From Amoeboaphelidium protococcarum X5 (Eukaryota; Fungi; Aphelidiomycota), in the NCBI GenBank assembly GCA_023515725.1, contig JALDTO010000154.1, forward strand, positions 248,001-312,000: a stretch of 64,000 nt of DNA. The letters are read 5' to 3'. The notes below the pieces were generated by a model. The model was not told where the DNA came from. It worked only from the letters and a program-made list of their open reading frames with translations, and made no database searches. The position numbers were made by a program, and so were the translations under genes. Positions 14,490 to 26,237 of this stretch are shown piece by piece (the first letter of the stretch is position 1; each line of letters begins with the position of its first letter).

Positions 14490-15170
14490 TTCTTACTATA
14501 ATGATGATATTTTAGTTCAATCAAGTGATAATCAGAGATGAGTGTGAATAAAAGAGTGGTTACGCAAAACAGAGTTCTTACAGAGATGTTTTAAGAGAAG
14601 GAAAGCAGAGAAGAACGAGCGAACGAACGAACGAAGAACGACGCGACAAGAAGTTTTGAATGAATGAAACACTGGCGGAGAGACGATCGGAACGATTAGT
14701 GAATTGCGCTCTACAGTACAGAAAGTGAGTGTTTATACATTGAATGTTATCTGATACAAAGTGAAGAATATGAATTATTCATCACTTATACACTTTAATT
14801 TAAGCGAGTGATTTTTATTAGATTGATTCATCTTGTTTATCAGCAATTTTGGAAATCAGAATCAAAGCGATATACTACACACTTTTCATGGTAGGAGAAA
14901 CACGCTTTAAATCACTGACTGACTGACTTGGTTGAGTGTAGTGTAGTGTTGCAGCGTTGTTTACAGCCCACTTGCTAACTGCCGCCGGGATCAATCGATC
15001 AGCAGTGAATGAGATCGGTTTCAAGTCCTACAGATATCGCTGATTTCCTTTTCGCTCTGATCCTTCTCCGGTCCCAAACGATCGTTCTTCTTCCTCGTTC
15101 CCATTCCTCACTCTAGCCGCTCTCATTACTACATTTTAACACTGATATATTTAGAACCGACCGAGTTGAA

Positions 15171-18014
15171 ATGTCAATCTGGGATAGACTGAATACTATT
15201 TAAAGTTACGGAACTTAGCTCTTGGAATCTACAGAGCAGATTGCTAAAGAGATTTTGCCTCTCGATGATCCTAACGATGGCAATGTCAAGAATTAGTAGC
15301 AGCCTGGTGGCAGTAATAATAGTAGTAGGAGAAAGAATACATTTTTGAGTAATTTTATTGATACTAACGACTATGGATTCACTGATACCTCTCTATCTCC
15401 TCCCACTACTGGTCATAAGAAGTAGGAGGAGGATAACGCTGTTAATAGCGATTAGGAATAGAGGAGATCTGATATTGGAGATTTTGGCTCTGATAATCGT
15501 CAGGTGGACAGCGATGCTGTGGAAGCAAGTAGAAATTTCGATGCATCGAATTAAGGTACTGCTTAATAGTAATCCTCATAGTAGATGAGATAGTAGGAAG
15601 ACTCGCCTTAAAAGCGTTAGTAATTGTTTGCGACTCCGTAGTAGACTCAGCTTGATCTTACTTCAGGTGACCAAGTGCAAGAGATGGAATTTCTGTTAAA
15701 GTAGAAGGAGGAGGAAATTGAAGAGCTGTAATAGGCATTGGTGGATAATTAGCTTAAAGTCAAGTCTGCGTAGGAGTAGATTGATAGTATGAACTCTGAG
15801 ATTTCTTAGTTGAGAGTGCAGCAGTAGCTGGCGGAGTAGTTGCAGATATAATTGTAATAAAAAGACAGTTTGATATAGAAGTTGTAGAATGGCAGTCAAA
15901 GTGGTAGTAGAAAAAACTCAGATTTAACATCGCCTTAGTAATCTTTACACTCTCCTTCGTAATCGCAAGTTGGAAGTTCTACCGTATTTGAAGGTACTGC
16001 CGGTCTCAATGTTTAAGAACTACAGCAGCGCAATTAATAGTTATAGTCTACTCTAGACCAGTTGAAAGTTCGCGCCAAATAAAAGATTACTGAGTTATAG
16101 GCTTAGTTGAAATAGGCACAGGAGCAGTCTGCATAGAAGTAATCTGTAACAGTATCTCCGTAGTAATTATCGCAAAATCTGCAGCAGGTTGTGGATTTAA
16201 AAGACTAAGAAATTGCTGATTTGAAAGAGGATTTAAAGAAGGTCAACATGCAGTTGTAAGAGGCTGCACATAAGAATATGGCGTCTAGTAATTCATCCTT
16301 ATCTCGTGGAGATCTCAGTACTGATGAGCAAGTGTAGAAATTGCAGTAAAAGTTGTAGTTTAAAGACTCTGAATTAGTCAGATTAACTGCTGATTTGAAA
16401 AAGTTCCAAGCTCTGGTTGCGCAGATGAAGAAGATGAAAACGAGAATCGAAGAGTAGCAGGAGATGTTGAAGGCTAAAGATGAGTAGATTTCAATGCTCT
16501 CCACTCAATCTCATTAACCATAGAATGGTAATGGAAGTAATTAGTAAAGGGATATTGATCAGTCAGATATAGATGAGAAGAATTAATTGATAGATGCTTT
16601 GAAGTAATAGATTGACGGACTGCATAAGACAAATTCGACGTTGCCGTTGAAGGAGCAGGAGATTAGATCTTTAAAGAGAAGCGTGGATGAGTACAAGACT
16701 AATCTGGAAGATTTATAGAGTCAGTTTGCTGAATAGTAGGAGCAGTTGAAAGAGCGTCTATAGGAGATTGACAAGTTGCGCGATGATCTTAAATACGCTG
16801 AAAAAAGTCAGAGCTCCTAATTGTCTGAGTTGCAATTAGAAAATTAAAAGTTGAAGAGTTAAATTGAGGAATTGAGTGCATAAATTGAAGAATTAAGTGG
16901 TATTGAATCCAAATACTCTGATAGTCAGGCAGACAGTGAGAAATTAAGAACTTAGCTTGAAGATGCTTAGTAAAAGATTGAAGAGTTGTAGCTGTAGTGT
17001 TAACAACTGCAATAGTTTGAATAAGATTGCGAGTAATTGACGTCTCAAGTAGGTGATTTGAAAGGACTTAATACGCAACTGACTAGTCAAGCAGAAGAAT
17101 TATCTGTGAAGCTGGACTCTGCTGAAAAAGAGAAATCTACGGCTGAACAGTAATTGTCTCAGTTGCAACTCCAAGTCGACCAGTCAGATTCTGATAAGTA
17201 GTCAGAGTTAGCTGAGTACGTTGTCAAATGCGAGAATTTGTAAAAGCAGCTGTCTGACAGTGAATTTTAGTAGTAATAGTTATAAACTAGAATTAGTAGC
17301 GTTGAAGAGGAGATTCAGGAGGTACAGAAATAGAGAGATGATTTACAGGCGGAACTGGATGGTGTTGGGTAAAATAGTGCTCAAGAGAAAGAGTAGCTAG
17401 AGTAGAAGGCCAAGTCTTTATCGAATCAGTTATCACAACAATCTCAACAATTGCAGTCTGCTGGTTAGGAAATTAGCCAACTCAAAGGCTAGATTTATGA
17501 GTTGGAATCCCAATTGAATAAGTAGCAACAATCTGGTGCTATAACTTAGGATCATCTAGATAGAGTTACAGAGGATTGGCGCTCCAAACTTGCTGAAATG
17601 GAGTAGAATAACATGAGACTGTTGGATAGGACTTTGAGAGCAGAGAGGCAACTCGCAAATTATGAGAATGAAGGTCGTAATGCAACAGCAGGTCTGAGCA
17701 GAAGTGGTAGCAATTTCATGCAAGGTGTAGATACTTTTAGATGGCTTTAGACTAAAGAGGAAGATGATATCGATGGTGATGGCGCCGATTTGGAATCCGT
17801 GTCGCGCGGCAGTCTCATGCCCAGAGGAGGTGACGTTATGAGTAAAGTGAAATTCTATACGCGCTTCTACGTTCGTAAGTCTATGCGGTTGATTGATCGA
17901 AAGACTGTTCAGGCTGGTATGTATCTCAAAGACAATGCCATGGTGCGTATATGCGCTGTTGGTTATCTCGTCTTTATTCAAATTTACCTAATCATGAAGA
18001 TTATTGGACTTTGA
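15171..18014 (+). CDS. Golgin-84-like coiled-coil tail-anchored Golgi protein
   Basis: 947-aa Q/E/K/L-rich coiled coil ending RLIDRKTVQAGMYLKDNAMVRICAVGYLVFIQIYLIMKIIGL, resembling the golgin-84/CASP TM region. Confidence 0.7.
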
Positions 18015-18206
18015 ATCATGCATTGAGAATTTAAATGATTAGATATGCCAATAAGAATGGAAAATCAATTTTAAATGGTTTTATATTTCAGTTCATCATT
18101 ATTATCTTGAGTACTTTATCTGCATCAAGCAAAACCATCTCGATAGTCAATGTATGCATCACCATCATTATCTTCATCAACTGGCAGTTCTAGTCTCTTC
18201 TATTAT

Positions 18207-19373
18207 TCACCAATGTTCAGCGTGGTCGAACGAGAGTGGAACTCTGACTCCATACCAAATGGCACGCATTAATTTAATCTAATTATAGGTGAACTCACGC
18301 AGACAGTCATCATCGAGATAACTCATGTAGTTGTGGATAGGCTTGAAGTTGAAGAAATCACAACTCCTAAACTGTGAACAAGTACGGCTATCAAAATGGG
18401 AGTACTTGAACTCTGATGGAGTATCGTCCTGGACACCATACACTTCCCGATACTGCTGAGGAAAGTCAGTCTAATCGCAGCTATCGGTGTACGTGTGGAG
18501 CAGTCCAAGCCAATGACCAACTTCATGCACAAGAGTCTTTCCTTAAGTATACTGCAGAAATGGAATGTTTGAATACCAATTCTAGATGCCAGGCAGAGTT
18601 TGCCAATCCAGAACTATACCATCAACCTGGCGCTTCGCTCGATCATGAACCAAATCTTGAGGATACACCGCGGTGACACCCATCTTCTCAGAAGCTTCGA
18701 TTTGAGTTATATAAATGTTCAGATCTTTCACTGTGCCACGACGGTAAGCCTTCAACATATCTCTTAGCTCAGTCTGAATTCGCGGATTAACAGATCCAGA
18801 GCCATCATCGTAATCGTTCATGCTGATCTGCACTGAAGCAAACTAATCATCAGTGATCACTCGCGCATCAGCAATTACGAATTGAATATTAGCCGGTCTA
18901 AACGCATTGTTCAGCTCCTATACCTATGGCACTATGACTTGAGCATCAGGACAGAAGCTATGGCGAGCGCAGAATACATGCAAGTACGTATTGATGTAAA
19001 TCATTTCGTTGTAGTCTTGCACCGACCTCTTCACCAAATTTTGAGATTAGCCGGCAGATTACTGAAATGAAGCCTGACATTTGGGCGCCTATGACTATGG
19101 CAGTTGAGGTAGATGTAGACTTTCCACCGAGACATTACGCGGAGTTGTATGTGCAGTGTCATTTGAGCTCTTTAGCCAAGCAGCCACTATCTTGTCGTCA
19201 ATTTTCTTTTTCAACAGCGATCCACCACATCTATCCTTTTATTACTTTGCAGATTGTGGATTTGACGCGTCTAAAGGCTTCGAAACAACCCCATTGAGGA
19301 GTATAAGGAGCACTACTATGATTAATATCGTGAACTTGGAAAATCTATTCCATCGAGTCATCTAAAAATCCAT
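18207..19373 (-). CDS. Secreted zinc metalloprotease, M43 (pappalysin-like) family
   Basis: N-terminal hydrophobic signal; GKTLVHEVGHWLGLLHTY zinc motif; Met-turn NYMSY; 388 aa. Confidence 0.88.
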
Positions 19374-20373
19374 CTTCTAATTATCTATTTATCCTTAATG
19401 CAGTGTCGATCGAAACAATATCAATCGATTTCAGCTGTAATGAGTCTAAGCGGTTACTTGCAATGGCAACTATGTGAGAGTGTGTGGATTACTAAAATAT
19501 ACAAAATCTAAGTGGACTATAAAATTTAAACGCCAAACCAATACTGAGCAAAGAAGATACGATACTCAACGCCAAGGTCAGTTGCACACTCTTCAGCCTT
19601 TCCTTTGACACTGCAGCGAGAGCGATCATCATTGGCCAATCGATGCTGACACGGTTACACCAATCAAGTAGTACTTCCGCGTGAACATTGTATTCGAGTT
19701 ACACAAACTACCGCTCACATCGACCGACAGCTATGAAGCGTTAAATTCTTTGTCATCCATGGTGTCAATAATGAGAGTTTTAAAAGGCTTACTGTATACG
19801 CAAATTTAGCTTCATGTTTCATGAGCGGACTTGTAAAATCTTCCCACGGTTAAAAACAATTATGAAGCTCGCGAACACTACACTACTTGTACAGTAATAG
19901 TCAAGAGGTTTGCTATAGGCAGAAATTGATTAAGAAAATTATAAACTGCCACCAAAAAGCTTGAGCGCAATTGTGTTCAATGTTCTGATAATGAAAATGA
20001 CTTTCTTCTATTTGACCAATGATGACAGTAAAACTTTATCCAAACGTGATCATAAATCTTCACCGAACAACTTAGGTGCAAACAACAATCTTTGCTTGAT
20101 CACTCTGATCATAAACACGTCATAAAGACAAACCTGCAAATAATTCTGAATCTTTATACAGTGGTGCATTAATGGGCAATCTTTTACATTCCATAAATTT
20201 GTAATATGGAATGACTAAAAGTAGTCCAACTGTAAAAGTATTAACTTCAGCTTATGGAACTAAGGTAGCTCATTGAAAGTTCTCTGTATGTATTGCAAAC
20301 CTTGTTAATCTAAACGTGCTACTTCTTGATGCGATAATACGATGTGATAATTCTTCCTGAATTTTAAACTAGC

Positions 20374-20860
20374 AAGCTGGTGAGACGCAAGCGTAAACGG
20401 TTAGGACTGCCTAGACTAGGTGAAGATGTTTAGAATGCTTTGCACGGGAATTTGTGCTCGTTCCCTTAGGATATCCAAAAAGCAATGACAGTAGCTGAAG
20501 TGCTTCCACTTCCGTGTAAGGATTTGAGCGATTATTTGTATGTTCATTTGGTTGGCTCGAATGTTCCTGATCATATTATTACCCAGAAAGATTTACCAAA
20601 ATTGCTCCATCTACGCCGGACTGTGATCAAGGACTCGGTCAGTGTAAACTATTTGAGATGATGTTCCCAATGCTGTTTCCGTATAGTTGCGGAGGATTCA
20701 AGGAAGCTGACCTTTTAAAAGTTTAGTAGATTGAAGATCGGGTTATTACTTAATTGTTAGAATCTGATTCAACGTGCTAATTTTGTAAGCACTTCAGTAT
20801 TCGTTATGTTCTGTAGCTTTCAACATGTTTCAGAGACATGAGCTGATTGAATTCGTCAGC
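20374..20860 (+). pseudogene. Decayed Helitron/Helentron RepHel N-terminal fragment (DUF6570-like)
   Basis: QNALHGNLCSFPQD...LPLPCKDLSDYLYVHLVGS, then after a frame change FEMMFPMLFPYSCGG and AFNMFQR; helicase part missing. Confidence 0.6.
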
Positions 20861-21459
20861 TATCGTATTCGTGTCGAAATAGAAGATTACTCATCTGGCA
20901 TGTTGGATGAATTGGCACAATATAGCTGAACTGCAAGTTGGACAAGCAGCTACCGTTATTACTTTGCACAAGACGACGCACGTAATCTTTTTGCTGAACT
21001 TTAGCCACTATTAGTTTCGTCATAAACTGATTGCAATGGCGCAGGCGGACTATCATTTTATGGGGAGGCGCGTCTTAATCACAATTGGGTAATCTACGTC
21101 AACATGGCATCAATTTAAGAGTCTCCTTCATCCCTAACTTGACGGCTAAAGAGTTTCGTGCTTGACGTGTTCCCAGGCATGTTTGACAATGTTGGAGCAT
21201 ATAATGTTATGTTACACTTAGTAGTTTTGCTAAAGGTGAAGTCATTATAGATTATGATGGAATTTAATTGCTTATTGACTAATAACATTTAGATAAGTAG
21301 TATGTCCTATCTCTGTGAGTTGAGTATGTTGATATGATCATTACTGAAATTTACACTCAAGTTTGGCTGTCGTAGAAAATGCGGTAGATCTATAAATTTT
21401 GCGTATAATGAATTTATGTTGATAATGCTCTATGTATTTAGGACTTATTACAAAAAAGC

Positions 21460-23920
21460 CGTAACGGGTCATGACCGTGTGACGCGGGCGATGTGTGACA
21501 CGAGTACTAATAACACGCTCGGAAAAATTTGTCAACTTTTCTTTCGCTTCCTGACCATCAACACAATATGCTATCATCACCCACTCAATAGAGACATCGA
21601 GAAAACGATCTGTATCTGCAGTAAAGGGCTCAGGAGACTTATGAGCTGGCAGCGGAGAATAGGCCGGAGAATACTAATTTGGCATACAACCCAAAGCAGA
21701 TTGAATTTCAAGATTGGTGTACTGAGCGTTAATTCAGAGACAGAGATACAGTGTCCGGGGAGAAATTGCATGCATTTGTGAGCGATATGGTGGTTGGCAG
21801 ACCGAGTAGAACTGATCCCACTGTCACTGTTGGTGCTCCTACAGTCAATTCATATGTGGCAGCTATCACAGATTTGTATAAGTAGTAGAAGCTTCGCAAC
21901 ATGAACAACTACCCTCCGCCTCGAGAATTTCCGGCAGTGAAGCAGTTACTTCATCAAGTGAGAGGAGCGCAAGATTAGGTAAATAGGCGCAATTATGCTG
22001 ATAGAATAGCAGGTACCATAGCTGATGGCTATTCGAGTGTCGAAGAGCTGCAGAGAATTGCAGATTGGTTCATGAACTCAGGAGGTCGGAACGGGCTGCG
22101 TGACAGATTTATGTTCCTCATGGCGCACTATTGCTTATTACGTGGCGAGTCTTTAAGATCTTTGGAGTTGGCTGATTTATATGCCATCAAATTGGAAAAT
22201 GAAGGATTCACTGAGTGTTGGGCATTACTGGTACTCATGTGTTAAGGCAAAACCAATCAGTTCAATCGTAAAGAGTTTGGCTCATGCCTCAGAAATAAGC
22301 GCGTTGAAATATGCCCTTTCGGAGCATTGGCTCTTTATTTATTTCAGCGTTGGCATGACTTTAATGAGCCGTTTCCTGATTTGACTAGTCCTCAAGATTG
22401 GTTTTAGATCAAAGTTTGTCGAGCTCGTGGACTTACTGAAGAGATGACTTACCAGACTCATTATAATGCTGTCAACAAGTGCTTGAGGGCCTGTAACATT
22501 CAAAGCAGTGCCAAGACTCATATCGGACGTGGTGCAGGTGCACGTATGGCAGAGTTGCAGGGTGCGTCTGAAGGTGATATTCGGCGCTTGGGGAGATGGA
22601 ACAGCCAGGCGATGGAAGGCTGCTATTTGACTGCACTGCCCAGAGGAGCGATGAGATCTTTGGCTGGTTTCCCTACTGATTCCGGATCATTCTATTTAGA
22701 TCGAGGATAAATTGATCCGCCTGAACATTTACAGAGATTGATATTTCCAGAAATTGATACGTATGTTATTGCAGAACTAGCGCATACGACAACCGCCGGG
22801 TTTATTAAGCTGCTTAAGTACATGAGGATTGTTGTTTTGTAGGACGCGGCTATTATGTAAGATTAGTATCCAGATTAGACTCTCTTTAATCATGCTCTAT
22901 TTAGAAGTCAGGATTTTTTGCATTATAAAGAGTAACTGCTTGCTGCTCGGATTAATAATCTACCGCCTACCGAATTGAGATTGTAATAGGCTATGCCAGA
23001 GTTGGTAAATAAGATCGATTCTGTTGGTCATTCTCTTCACGGCAAGATCGATGTTTTGAATCATAAAGTTGAACAATATGCTCATTCAAATACTCAAGTG
23101 CGCAATACTCTGAATGATTTACTCAATGGACGCACTGCAGTCCGGTTATATGCTGAGCCATAAGCTGCTAATCATGTGCTGCATTAGCCGCCTATTTAAA
23201 TTGATTTGAATGCGCCTAACGTCTTACAGAATCAAGTTGGTGATAACATTGATATTATACCTGCTCGAGCTCTTCCACCGCAGTAGTATACCATGTCTCG
23301 TGGGCTGTCAACTGTTCAGGATGTGTGGAGGGAGTATAAAGAAGGCATTGGTGGTAATCCATCAGTTGAATCATTGGAGTAATAATTTGGGGCCAAGTGG
23401 AGAAGCAAAGACAGTGAAAGGAAGCATTTTTCTAGGCGTTTAGTTATATACAAATTTATTCAGAGTAAGATTGATAGTGGACTTTCGGAAAATGACGTTC
23501 TCACTGCTTTGGAGCGAAAGCGCCTTGGTGATAAGCTGTCACTGGACAATCTATAGAAGAAAATTAAGTCCAGGGAAATTGATATATGACTTGCTTGCGT
23601 CGACTTTTATATATATATATTTATCATGTAACCTTGAATTTAGACTTCTTTGTAATACATTTTTATAAAATTCAAAAATTCTTTACATATCTGCATACTG
23701 AGCAATATCAATGTCATGTTTGGTATAGTCCAAGAAAATTCGGCTTTGAAATACAACATGCACTGTTTCAGCCAATTCTCAGTCACAGCAATGAAGAATA
23801 AACGGTACCGGAAAATTTTAGAATAACTAAAATAACTCTAGTTATTCTGTGACAATTCTTGTGACAAGTTTAATGGTTTGTTTGTGACCTCGCGCGAAAT
23901 CTTGTGACCCAAATTGGGAT
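21460..23920 (+). mobile_element. Crypton DNA transposon (ends approximate)
   Basis: Intact YR ORF flanked by TGTGAC motif clusters and an inverted repeat, inside a TE-remnant region. Confidence 0.7.
21568..23589 (+). CDS. Crypton (CryptonF-type) tyrosine recombinase, Ndc10-like domains plus GCR1_C, 673 aa, intact
   Basis: RPENTNLAYNPKQIEFQDWC; catalytic LLRGES, KTHIGR, LGRW, EGCY; VVLQDAA; GCR1_C segment SRGLSTVQDVWREYKEGIGGNPSVESLEQQFGAKWR. Confidence 0.9.
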
Positions 23921-24183
23921 AATTTCTAATACCACTGAAAATAGCGTCTGAAAATATCATCAGGCCTTTTTTACTGAAAGGGCGCGTTTCATTTCTCAAC
24001 TAAACAGTAAGTGATATCCCGGTGATCAGCCGGACGAGATCAAACGTTTCACCTTCGCAAAGATGATCTACATTATGTGGTGTAATCAAGTTGAAACATC
24101 AGTGGTGTTAATATCTTTGTATAGAAAAAAAAATCATTTAAATTTTTTAATTCCTTTTACATTTCAACAACTTTCAAATTCAT

Positions 24184-24453
24184 TCACGCGCTCGGATTGA
24201 CAGTGACAGTGCCATCAGGATTGTTGGTCACAGGATAGACTTTGCCCTTGATGTAGCAAACAGAAGCTGCCGGACTCAAATTACAAGAGGCATCCTGAGA
24301 CCAGAAGCAGTTGGTGCCACTTGGACCTGGCTACTGGAAGTACAGAATACCAACATTATAGTGGTCCAGGTTGGGACACTTCAGAATAGGATACTGCGCA
24401 GAGACGGTCATCAATGCCGCGACACCAGCCAAAAAAGTATTGATCAATTGCAT
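24184..24453 (-). CDS. Small secreted 4-Cys protein (89 aa), effector-like
   Basis: Signal MQLINTFLAGVAALMTVSA, then QYPILKCPNLDH...C...C...C; one TAG=Gln; TGA stop; missed by the ORF track. Confidence 0.75.
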
Positions 24454-25159
24454 TTTCGAGTAAGACGTAGGTAGAATAGACAGATTACTAACTTTCAAAA
24501 TTAACTTAGAGTAGATTGATTGTATAGAAGGAGAAGAGGCACCACCATCAAAGTTGCGCTTTTATAGCGATTTCCCAACGTTACATCTTCATATTGACAA
24601 TCCAATCAACAAGCGGCGATCGGATGCCTCTTAGTCGATGGAATGTTCGGAACTTTCGTTACAGTTACAAATTATCACTTTGACTCAAGTCAGCAGACTG
24701 GTACTAAAAAGACTAAATGGAATTCCAAGAGAACTTTCTGCTCAGATGATTACATGGACGTGTTACAGTGGCAGGATGAACTATCTATTAATGACCAGAC
24801 GAAGCAAAAGTGAATTGAGGACACCACCAAGTATGTGAGACAATGAGTACTACCTATATCGAAAAAGTTAAAATCCACCAGTGCAATGTCCAGTACCCAC
24901 CCAATGGCACGACTTCTTTTAATCTTATCCAATGCAATTTGAATAAGCAATTGTTCACTTAACAGCTATACAGTATATCCTCATCATTAAACGATTTGCA
25001 TTGAGGCTTAAATGAAGGCTATTAGTAATAGATTATTACAATATTCACCGTTCAAAGCGCTTTACGCCCTTAAACCACTTTGAGTGGTCAGTGACACTAG
25101 ATTAGAAGAATTAACAGAATATCCATTTTAATTTGTACAGTATATAATATCGATGTTTC

Positions 25160-25888
25160 AAGATAGCCATTATTATTATTATTAAATCATTTATTTATAC
25201 AGACACTCAATGTGTACATCTGTTTATTCACAATCATCGAGAGGAAATCTCAAAAATCTGCCCTTCTCTCAGCTTCATTATCATCAGTTCCAATGTAGGA
25301 ACATGCTACCTAGACTCTCTATAACGACTCTCAGTCCAATTAAAACCTTCAAACAGGAGACAATTGCAAAGGACGTGATAAATCGTTCTATGCTTTACTC
25401 CGCACGGACATTGGTGACCTTTGGAGTTAAACTCCAGTTCCTCATTAAACATAAATGGACTAAATCCACAAAGAACGTAGGTAATGAGCCTTCTGTCATC
25501 TCTAATCTTGTCATACAGATGTAGAACATCCGTAGTATTCAGGATCTCTAAGCCACATCGTTCTCGTCTTCTCGCTTTCATTTGCATGAGCTCGTATGCA
25601 ACTTTCTATTTATGCTGCTTAATACTTTCAGCAACATACCTCCTGTTACTCAACTTTATTGCTACCGCATCCGCCTCTTCTTCAGAGTATTCGAAGGTAG
25701 GCAATAACTTTGGAATGTCATTCTCCTCCGCTTATAGATCTGTTAGTTGATGTAAAATATGGCTCTATGGCAGGCATCTCCACGCGTAGTCCGCAATAAG
25801 ACGTCGTTATAGGATCGCTTCTTCTACAGACTAGAGATCATAAATGCAGTACAGTGGCTCTGCAGGACAGGAAATAAGATAGCCATTA
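25160..25888 (-). mobile_element. 5'-truncated non-LTR retrotransposon with 13-bp TSD and (TAA)n tail
   Basis: Direct repeat AAGATAGCCATTA at 25160-25172 and 25876-25888; ORF C-terminus with CCHC knuckle CPCGVKHRTIYHVLCNC and TGA at 25234; TAA-repeat tail next to the TSD. Confidence 0.8.
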
Positions 25889-26237
25889 GTTCAATGTTTC
25901 AAGACAAAAACATTAAGCTTCCTTCCACTTTCTATGTGATGGATAGTTGACTAGGTGATAAATAATATTCGCGCTCTCTAAATAGTGTAATGGTGGAAAT
26001 GCTTACCATCACAGGTCAGAGGTCGGTTCATTCAGTCCATTGAATGAGTGAAACGGGCAAAGTTGTCCTAGCCGACCTGCCGCCCATTGTTTCTTAATTC
26101 TTGATCCGATTTGTCTCTTCTTTCTCTCTTCTCTCTCCTCATTGACTGTACTGTAGCAGTACTTACATACCTTAACACGTTGTGTCTGTGTATTTTACGA
26201 CTTCTTCTGAAAGACAATTCCATTTACTCCTAGGGAA

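Noticed and set aside
13713-14501. 262-aa plus-strand ORF and many similar antisense ORFs in the track
   Set aside because: Shadows of real genes on the opposite strand, with no recognisable motifs.
19400-20370. Degenerate coding-like sequence (also 24640-25050)
   Set aside because: TGA-interrupted fragments with no assignable family.
23848-23908. Point-centromere CDEI sites (GTCACA) next to an Ndc10-like gene
   Set aside because: No full RTCACRTG and no CDEII/CDEIII arrangement; TE terminal motifs are the simpler explanation.
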